From contig JAYSWN010000001.1 of the NCBI GenBank assembly GCA_043718025.1, positions 22,253-86,252 on the forward strand: DNA of 64,000 nt, read 5' to 3'. Shown here in pieces: positions 57,303-64,000 of the stretch. Numbering within the stretch: position 1 is the first letter of the stretch; each line of letters begins with the position of its first letter. The notes beneath the pieces were generated by a model. The model made no database searches. It was not told the origin of the DNA and saw only the letters and a list, made by a program, of their open reading frames with translations. The translations under genes and the position numbers were made by a program. This DNA is from Pseudomonadota bacterium (lineage in GTDB: Bacteria; Bdellovibrionota; FAC87; UBA2466).

Positions 57303-58522
57303 TGGTTCGCGCCTCGGGCTAACTGCCGAATGGTATCGCCGATTTTCTTCGTCCCCGCCAGCGCCTCCTCAAGACTAATTACCAAGGGCGGGGCAATGCG
57401 AATCACGTTGTCGTGAGTCTCTTTGCACAGCACGCCTTTTTGGTACAAGGCTTCGCAGTAACGGCGGGCTCCACCCGCTTTGGAATCCAGCTCAATCCCG
57501 ATGAGGGCACCCTTACCTCGCACTTCAGTAACCAGCGGAAGTGCCTCACGCGAGAGCTCTTGGCGAATCACGTTGCCGATCTTTTCTGCTTTCTGCGAAA
57601 ACTGTTCGTCGCGCATCACTTTTAAGACGGTTCTACCCAAGGCGCAGGCCAATGGGTTGCCCCCGAAAGTAGATCCGTGCTGTCCGGGACGAATCACTTC
57701 CAAAACATCGCGCCGCCCCACTACGGCCGATAAGGGCAACAGACCACCGCCCAGTGATTTTCCTAGCACCAAAAGGTCAGGTTTTATGTTCTCGTGTTGA
57801 AAGCAAAAATCTTTTCCCGTGCGACCAAAACCGGTTTGAATTTCATCGAGGATGAAAAGCACATTCTTTGCCTCGCAAAGGGCTTTGACCTGAGCGAGAT
57901 AACCGGTGGGGGGAAGCAAGATTCCCGCCTCGGCCTGAATGGGTTCTAAAAACACGGCTACCGTATCGGCATCAATTTTAGCTTTGATTGCGGCCACATC
58001 GCCGAAAGGGACTGACTCAAAGCCGGGAGTAAACGGGCCAAACCCGTCGCGGTAACCTGGCTCGGACGAAAAAGAGATGATCGAGATGGTTCGTCCGTGA
58101 AAGTTATTATCGGCCACGATGATCTTTGCGTGATTGGCGCGAACCCCTTTTTTTTCGTAGCCCCATTTGCGCGCAATTTTTAGCGCCGTTTCGACGGCTT
58201 CGGAGCCGCTATTCATGGCCAGCACCATCTCCATGCCGCAAAATTGGGTGATCTCTTCGCAAAAAAGCGACAGCTCTTCAGAATGAAAAGCCCGCGAACA
58301 GACCGCCAGTTTTTCGGCCTGTTCTTTTAGCGTGGCAATCAAACGCGGATGAGCGTGGCCAAAATTGAGGGCCGAGTAACACGCCAGAAAATCGAGGTAC
58401 TCGTTGCCCTCCACATCCCAAACCCTGGCCCCTTTCCCGCGTTGGAGCACAAGGGGAAGCGGGTGGTAATTGTGGGCGCCGAAAGTTTCCACTTTTTGGA
58501 TGAGATCTGAGGTGTGGGACAT
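57299..58522 (-). CDS. rocD: Ornithine--oxo-acid aminotransferase
   Basis: GAHNYHPLP, YSALNFGH.HP, NFHGRTI, DEIQTGFGRTG, LGKSLGGG, HGSTFGGNPL, KETH...IRIAPPL. Confidence 0.93.
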   Translation of the reverse strand: MSHTSDLIQKVETFGAHNYHPLPLVLQRGKGARVWDVEGNEYLDFLACYSALNFGHAHPRLIATLKEQAEKLAVCSRAFHSEELSLFCEEITQFCGMEMVLAMNSGSEAVETALKIARKWGYEKKGVRANHAKIIVADNNFHGRTISIISFSSEPGYRDGFGPFTPGFESVPFGDVAAIKAKIDADTVAVFLEPIQAEAGILLPPTGYLAQVKALCEAKNVLFILDEIQTGFGRTGKDFCFQHENIKPDLLVLGKSLGGGLLPLSAVVGRRDVLEVIRPGQHGSTFGGNPLACALGRTVLKVMRDEQFSQKAEKIGNVIRQELSREALPLVTEVRGKGALIGIELDSKAGGARRYCEALYQKGVLCKETHDNVIRIAPPLVISLEEALAGTKKIGDTIRQLARGANQ

Positions 58523-58567
58523 GGCCGGAGACTAGCGCAAAGTGACGGGAAACGGTATAGCAGGCCC

Positions 58568-59110
58568 GTGGGCTTTTACCTTGAACTCAACCGCGATTCT
58601 AAGGCACCAGAATACCGCGAGAATTTCGTGCCATTCGTTTACTTTGGCCTCCTCGGTTTTAGCGCTCTGGCGCTGTTAGGGATGGGCGCCGCCGCCCACA
58701 ACTTGCTGGCCCAGTTGGCCAATGAGGGTAGCCGCTGGGATGCCATTCTGGTGTACGGCCCAATCGCCTGTTTGCCCCTGGTCTTGTTCATGGCCCTAAA
58801 ACTGGCGGCGATGCGAAAGTACGTGCGTTTCGAAGGCGAAGAGCTGCAGTGGGGTTATCGGTTATTTGGTCGACCGGTGTTTGCCCGTGCGGCTAGGCGG
58901 AGCGAGATAGCGGGCTTGGTGCTCGAAAACCACCGCCCCAGAGGCAACTTGGCGCCCAAACACCATGACAATCCGGCGTACTACGTACGTGGCCATTGGC
59001 GGCTGCTAGTCTCCAAAAAAAATGGGGAAAAGCACCTGCTCGATCGGCACACCGAACAAGAGGCGCTCTTTCCCCTATACGAAGACTTACAAACTTGGCT
59101 TACGGCTTAG
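58568..59110 (+). CDS. Membrane hypothetical protein (two TM helices plus PH-like soluble domain)
   Basis: GTG58568 avoids overlap with rocD; two hydrophobic segments. Confidence 0.6.
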   Translation: MGFYLELNRDSKAPEYRENFVPFVYFGLLGFSALALLGMGAAAHNLLAQLANEGSRWDAILVYGPIACLPLVLFMALKLAAMRKYVRFEGEELQWGYRLFGRPVFARAARRSEIAGLVLENHRPRGNLAPKHHDNPAYYVRGHWRLLVSKKNGEKHLLDRHTEQEALFPLYEDLQTWLTA

Positions 59111-59576
59111 GCGCCGGTTTGGCGACTATGGGTACGCTAAGACTTAAATCGCTAAAAGTGATGAAGCCTTTGATCGCCTCCGGCGTCGTTACGTAATGCC
59201 AAAGCGTCAGCTTTACGGGGCCTTGATCAGAGGTTCCGGTGTAGTTGTACTCGTAAAACGAGCCGCTTTTATGGAACTTGTAGAACACCACTAAGCTACC
59301 CAGCTTCACTTCGATGGATTTTCCACCGGCCTGCGCCACCTTGGCCAACACGTCACTCACTTCGCAACGAAATGAAGACAGGTACGGCGGTACATCCTTA
59401 CGTACGCAATTGGTGATATTACCCGGTGAGAATTCGAAATTTTCACGAGAAAAAACAGAAGACACGAGTTCACCGGTAACCTTTCCGGTGAAATAGACCG
59501 GAAGATCGCCGGCCGGCGCGTTTACCGCCAACAGGTTCATGGCGGTGATAAAGGTAAAAAATAGAGCTTTAAACAT
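59100..59576 (-). CDS. Secreted hypothetical protein
   Basis: GGAGG SD before ATG59576; signal-like N-terminus; two Cys. Confidence 0.65.
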   Translation of the reverse strand: MFKALFFTFITAMNLLAVNAPAGDLPVYFTGKVTGELVSSVFSRENFEFSPGNITNCVRKDVPPYLSSFRCEVSDVLAKVAQAGGKSIEVKLGSLVVFYKFHKSGSFYEYNYTGTSDQGPVKLTLWHYVTTPEAIKGFITFSDLSLSVPIVAKPAPKP

Positions 59577-59819
59577 ACGAATCCCTCCCAATGCCCGCAG
59601 GGTTCGTCCAAGTGGTTTTTAAGTCAACTTAGCGGCCGAAATAAGCCAAGTAACTGATTTCATTAGTCAATGTAACGCTTTGCGTTAGACGATCTTGTGC
59701 ATTTTGCTAACAGGACAGCTAACTGTTGGTTTTTATGAATAGAAAGCAATTGTGAAGGGCAAATGTCGAGAGCTTCAACAATTCACACAATATTGGGGCG
59801 GTTTGGCACGGCTAGCGGC

Positions 59820-59835
59820 TGGACCCAAGGTTGCA
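59820..59835 (+). promoter_or_regulatory. Candidate sigma54 (-24/-12) promoter
   Basis: TGGACCCAAGGTTGCA, GG-N10-GC, 55 bp upstream of TTG59890. Confidence 0.5.
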
Positions 59836-59889
59836 TTCTTAATGAATACACCGTTTAGCCACTTACCTAAGTGCGAAAGGAGGCCGCCC

Positions 59890-60600
59890 TTGAAGCAATG
59901 GGAAGCGAAAATTTCAGCTTTTTTCGTATTTGTTCAGGCGGCCGTGGTTGTGCTCGGAATTTGCCATAACAATCGCCTACTCAATAGCTACGAGTCGAAT
60001 CGTAGCCTGATGTTTTTTCGAGATTTAGCGACCCGCATGGACCAGGCCGACGAGCTGTTGCTCCCTCAAGAGTCGCTGCCGGTCGCTAGAATGGAGATGA
60101 ACACGCCCATCTTCTCGCGTAGCCGCACCCTTAAAATCGTGGAAGGGATGTGGAAGGGCAAAGAGCGTAAACAGGTTTTGGATACCGTTCTTTCTATTTT
60201 TGATGAGGCTCGCCGTTTTGGATTTGACCCCTACTTCTTGCTTGCGGTGATTGAGCGTGAGAGCCGCTTCAACCCCAATGTGCGGGGACGACACGGCGAA
60301 ATTGGGCTGATGCAGATTAAGCCCGAGACGGCGAAATGGATTGCCGAACGGTACGGCTTTCCTTGGACCGGGGCACAAATGCTTTATGATCCGGCTACTA
60401 ATATTCGCTTCGGAGCCGCGTATTTGGATTTTTTAAGGCGCAGTTTTCGGTCAGATGGCCTGCTTTACCTCTCCGCCTATAACATGGGCCCTAAACGCAC
60501 CCGTGAAGTGCTCCGCTACAAGAATCGGCGCAGCTTTTACGCCAGTGAAGTCGTGGGCAATTACATTCGCATGCACAACCGCGACGACGATAACGGCTAA
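59890..60600 (+). CDS. Lytic transglycosylase (SLT domain) with N-terminal anchor
   Basis: IERESRFNP catalytic Glu, GLMQI, NIRFGAAYL, AYNMGP; AGGAGG SD at 59878-59883 supports TTG59890. Confidence 0.9.
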   Translation: MKQWEAKISAFFVFVQAAVVVLGICHNNRLLNSYESNRSLMFFRDLATRMDQADELLLPQESLPVARMEMNTPIFSRSRTLKIVEGMWKGKERKQVLDTVLSIFDEARRFGFDPYFLLAVIERESRFNPNVRGRHGEIGLMQIKPETAKWIAERYGFPWTGAQMLYDPATNIRFGAAYLDFLRRSFRSDGLLYLSAYNMGPKRTREVLRYKNRRSFYASEVVGNYIRMHNRDDDNG

Positions 60601-60607
60601 GGGTTAA

Positions 60608-61183
60608 TTAAAACCACATGCCTACCTTGATGGTGAACATCTGGGGAAGTCCATAGCCGTTCTCCTTGAGTAACCAGGCGTACCTTAAGCCTCCGTCAAA
60701 CGACACATTCGCCGTTCGAAAGAGCACCACTCCCAATTCAGCCCCAACCGAGAAGCCAGTCACGGTACGCGGCGGTCGTGCGGCGTCTTCGGCGTGGGAG
60801 TAGGTGATGCCGAAGTCCAACCCAGCGTAAGGGGCAATGTCTCCTTGAACCAAAAAGAAACCCTGAACACCCGGCCCCACGGTGGCCCAAAACGCGTTGC
60901 TATTGAACGCAAGATCGGCATTTAGCTTTAAAATGGCGTCGCCCAAGTCCCAGCCGTAAGCTCCGGCAAACAAAAAACCAGCTCCCCCTACGTTCAAATT
61001 AGAGAAAAAAGCCGGCCCAATCGAGGCGTTAAAGACCGCGCGCGATTCGCGTCGGCGGATGCGCTCTGGAGCCTCGTAGGCGGCCACCGCCGGCTTGTTT
61101 TTGGCAGGGATGGGAAAGGGCTCGTCGGCCGAAAAAACCGGGGCAGAACTTAGGCCAAGAAGCAGTAGAAAGAGTGGTTTCAT
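60608..61183 (-). CDS. Small outer-membrane beta-barrel protein
   Basis: Signal peptide from ATG61183; about eight amphipathic strands; terminal VGMWF. Confidence 0.7.
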   Translation of the reverse strand: MKPLFLLLLGLSSAPVFSADEPFPIPAKNKPAVAAYEAPERIRRRESRAVFNASIGPAFFSNLNVGGAGFLFAGAYGWDLGDAILKLNADLAFNSNAFWATVGPGVQGFFLVQGDIAPYAGLDFGITYSHAEDAARPPRTVTGFSVGAELGVVLFRTANVSFDGGLRYAWLLKENGYGLPQMFTIKVGMWF

Positions 61184-61256
61184 GCCTAAAGGGTTTAGGC
61201 GCGGAGAGCGGTTAAGGGAAGAAAAAAACTTGGCGGCGTGGTATTCCCCCTGGTCC

Positions 61257-61967
61257 ATGAGCCGCCGATTTCAAACGCAAGACCGCTGTGAAAACTGCTT
61301 TTTTCGCCGTGTGCTGTGCGTTTGCTCGGAAATTCCCGTTTTGAATATTTCGACGCGGTTGGTGATCGTGATGCACCATTCGGAATGGAGCGCCACCACC
61401 AACACCGGCCGTTTTGCGCTGCGGGCCCTGCCCAATAGCGAAGTTCGTTTTCGCGGTCTGCCCGAAACCCCAATTCAGCTCGATGATCTTAAAGAGCCCG
61501 AGCGCGACCTCTTATTTCTTTATCCCGCCGAGAATGCACAAGTGCTGACGGCCGAATACGTTGCGACGCTAAAACGGCCGGCGACTTTAGTGGTGCCCGA
61601 TGGAACGTGGCGGCAGGCCGCCAAAGTTTTTAGGCGCGAGCCGTTTTTGCGCGAACACGCCAAGCCCGTGGTGCTACCGGTGGGCATTAACTCTGGGTAT
61701 TTGCTTCGCCGCGCGCCTAACGACATCTCATTTTGCACCATAGAAGCTATCGCTTACGCTTTGGGCGCGCTAGAAAACGACGCGATCAAAGATCAGCTGC
61801 TCGCCATTTTTAATTTAGTGAACCACCGCGTACTGGCCACCCGTAGCCCCGACTGGATTGAGAGCACCATGAAGTGGGCGACCAAGGCGGGAAGATTGCA
61901 GTCCAAGCAATGGCAGTCGATCGGTGAGCTTCGCGAAAAGTTTTTACCCAAAGGTTATCGTCCCTAA
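61257..61967 (+). CDS. DTW-domain protein (tRNA-uridine aminocarboxypropyltransferase family), paralogue 2
   Basis: CENC...CVC, HHSE...TNTGR, VPDGTWRQA, CTIEAI. Confidence 0.9.
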   Translation: MSRRFQTQDRCENCFFRRVLCVCSEIPVLNISTRLVIVMHHSEWSATTNTGRFALRALPNSEVRFRGLPETPIQLDDLKEPERDLLFLYPAENAQVLTAEYVATLKRPATLVVPDGTWRQAAKVFRREPFLREHAKPVVLPVGINSGYLLRRAPNDISFCTIEAIAYALGALENDAIKDQLLAIFNLVNHRVLATRSPDWIESTMKWATKAGRLQSKQWQSIGELREKFLPKGYRP

Positions 61968-61976
61968 AGACTACCA

Positions 61977-62822
61977 ATGAACGAATACAAAGACCCCGAC
62001 CAGACCAAATCCACTCCCGACGGAATTCTCTACGACAGAACTTTCGTTTCGCCCGGCGACAAAGCGCAGATCTTGGCGTGGCTAAAAACGCTGCATCCGC
62101 TATGGGAGATGCGCTACTCCAAAAACCATCCGCCGCCTGCGGATGACCAACAGCGGCGGCTGTTGCGCCCGGTGTATTGGCTGGGCAATTGGCAGTTTGC
62201 ATGCCTGGGCTATTTCCATCCGCCCAAAGGTGAAAAAAACCGCTGCGTGCGCGCCGAACCCTACCCTCCGGTGCTGCGGCACCTGGTTAATAAAACGGAA
62301 AAGCTCACGCGCCGAGCTTTTGCTCCGGCCGACATTCCGAAAAAATGGCACTTGAACACCTGCCTGGTGAATCTTTACGGCGATCAAATCGATGGGGATC
62401 AACGTACCGACACCGCCCGCGTGGGTGAGCACAAAGACTTTGAATTGGGACCGGTCGCCTCGATTTCGCTCGGTGAGCGAGCGTACTTTCAATTTGTGGA
62501 GAGTAGCAGCCGCAAGCAGCAGAAGAGCCGGGTGGTTCATCAAATGTGGCTGGACGATCGGTCGTTGCAGGTGTTTGGCGGCCGCCGCTGGAAAGAAAAA
62601 TGTTTTCACCGCGTGCAACGGGTCGATCGCCGCGACAAAAATAAATTTGAATTGAAGGTCGAGAATTTTGAAACTCGCCGTATCAACTTCACTTTTCGAT
62701 ACGTGCCGGAAGAGTTCATTCTCCCCTACGCCAAAATGCCACCTAAGGTGAAAGAAGACGTGCACGAGTACATGGCCCAGCTCGCCGCCCACTCCGACTT
62801 CTTTGCCAAAGCCTTAGGCTAG
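61977..62822 (+). CDS. AlkB-family 2OG-Fe(II) dioxygenase
   Basis: CLVNLY, HKD (HxD), VASISLG, FHRV, RINFTFR. Confidence 0.88.
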   Translation: MNEYKDPDQTKSTPDGILYDRTFVSPGDKAQILAWLKTLHPLWEMRYSKNHPPPADDQQRRLLRPVYWLGNWQFACLGYFHPPKGEKNRCVRAEPYPPVLRHLVNKTEKLTRRAFAPADIPKKWHLNTCLVNLYGDQIDGDQRTDTARVGEHKDFELGPVASISLGERAYFQFVESSSRKQQKSRVVHQMWLDDRSLQVFGGRRWKEKCFHRVQRVDRRDKNKFELKVENFETRRINFTFRYVPEEFILPYAKMPPKVKEDVHEYMAQLAAHSDFFAKALG

Positions 62823-62883
62823 TCGGCAGGCGTATTTTTATACTTTTATTAGCGCGCTGCGTTAAGTTTTGCTAGAAAACGGC

Positions 62884-63990
62884 ATGCCGTTTAATAAATT
62901 GCCCCTTTGGGCCAGCCTTTTAGCCTTTTTTCTTCTCTCCTTCGCCGCCTACGGTGCCGATCACGAAGCGTCGCTGATGGCCTCTTTACTGCGGGTGACG
63001 TTTCACCTGCCCTCGATGTTTGAGGGGCGCGGTCATCACAAAGCGGCCTTTTTGGTTTTTGCGACCCCTACCGATGTGCGATCGCCGGCGGAGAGCATTG
63101 AGAAGTATAAGATTTTGCGTGATCTCGGCGTGACCATTGATGGTTTCTACCTCGAAGCTGAACACACCGGCTTGAATCCGGAAACCTCGCACCTCTTTGT
63201 TACCCTGGCCGAACAGAATGGATTTCGGGTGATGGTGCGGCCACCCTCTCTTTCCCCCGACAGCGTTAAGGCGTGGAACAGCCTTGGGCACTCGGGGCTC
63301 GTGGTACCGCTAACCAATTCTAAAGAGACGATTGATTCCGGGTTTGCCGCCAACTACTACATTGCGGGGCGGCCAATTGGTTATGAGGCCGACACGCGTA
63401 TGCTTACAGCGGGATCTTCCGAAGATTTGGCGGCGGTGGATGGGCGTCGCACTTTGGCGTTCATGATCGAAGACTACTCAGCGGCCGAGAGCATCGGTGA
63501 ACTTCTTACCCACGCGGCCAATCGCGCGAAGTATTTCAATATCAATCCCAAACACGTAGCCTTTTGGTTCGGGCCCTACGATATGGCGGCCAGCCTGCGT
63601 TTGGCTCTTCCAAGTTGGTCCAATAGGGCCGTCGACCAATACATGGCCAGTAAACGTGCTTCGATCGCCAGTGCGGTGGTGGGCAGGGGCTTTACGATGG
63701 GCGGACATGTTCCGGATGGCGATGCCGCGTTGGCGCGAATTACGGAAGGCTGGTCCGCCTTCACCATCGACGGCATGTATTCGGAAAATCTTTTTAGCGC
63801 CAAGAGTGTGCGCGAGCGATTTGGTGCTGAGGCCGTTGGTTTTTTAGAAGCCGTCAGGCAGCCGCGCGTTTACACCGCACAAGAGCAAACAGTGGTGCTG
63901 CGGCTATTAAGTTCTATCGCCAATACTTTGGGTTGCGGCGCTGCCTTTGACGCCGGCAAAGCGAGCTTTCCCGCGCCCACCGAGAAATAA
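62884..63990 (+). CDS. HpcH/HpaI aldolase-fold protein with apparent signal peptide
   Basis: LEAEH, MVRPP, G..GLVVP, MIED, FGPYDMAASL match the family motif order; hydrophobic N-terminus ending AYG-A. Confidence 0.65.
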   Translation: MPFNKLPLWASLLAFFLLSFAAYGADHEASLMASLLRVTFHLPSMFEGRGHHKAAFLVFATPTDVRSPAESIEKYKILRDLGVTIDGFYLEAEHTGLNPETSHLFVTLAEQNGFRVMVRPPSLSPDSVKAWNSLGHSGLVVPLTNSKETIDSGFAANYYIAGRPIGYEADTRMLTAGSSEDLAAVDGRRTLAFMIEDYSAAESIGELLTHAANRAKYFNINPKHVAFWFGPYDMAASLRLALPSWSNRAVDQYMASKRASIASAVVGRGFTMGGHVPDGDAALARITEGWSAFTIDGMYSENLFSAKSVRERFGAEAVGFLEAVRQPRVYTAQEQTVVLRLLSSIANTLGCGAAFDAGKASFPAPTEK

Positions 63991-64000
63991 CGAAAAGGTG

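Noticed and set aside
59804..59819. Perfect TGGCACG -24 element
   Set aside because: The GC lies 11 nt away; the adjacent site at 59820 has the correct spacing.
62100..62792. 230-aa antisense ORF and the many similar short overlapping ORFs in the track
   Set aside because: They lie opposite or inside genes with clear family motifs and have no independent support.
1..64000. CRISPR arrays, tRNA/rRNA, prophage, IS elements, defence systems
   Set aside because: No spaced direct repeats, cloverleafs, integrase, transposase or nuclease motifs seen by eye; very short or degenerate elements could be missed.

Overview
Gene-dense bacterial chromosomal segment of moderate GC. Gene content (DUF4388, DUF1844, MXAN_2562-like barrel, DapL-type DAP cluster, many Cys-rich lipoproteins and secreted hydrolases) suggests a Bdellovibrionota/Myxococcota-like former deltaproteobacterium; this is inference only. 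From left to right: the end of one complex I cluster (nuoM-nuoN) followed after 18 bp by a second, divergent, membrane-arm-only cluster (nuoA-H-J-K-L-M-N); a secreted metzincin; a two-gene unknown module; a BtuFCD-like ABC importer; secreted unknowns with candidate sigma54 promoters; mutS; a DnaA-box cluster; trmJ-like-grpE-dnaJ-lpoA-like; dksA; lon; a subtilase; comM/comF; a GC-richer beta-propeller gene; lysine-fermentation genes kdd and kce; a Leu dehydrogenase; nagZ flanked by lipoproteins; typA; two DTW paralogues; acs; rocD-lipoprotein-dapF-dapA-dapB-dapL without lysA; a lytic transglycosylase; an AlkB-family enzyme; and a signal-peptide-bearing HpcH-fold aldolase. I saw no rRNA, tRNA, CRISPR array, integrase or transposase. 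All calls come from recognising motifs by eye; no database searches were run.
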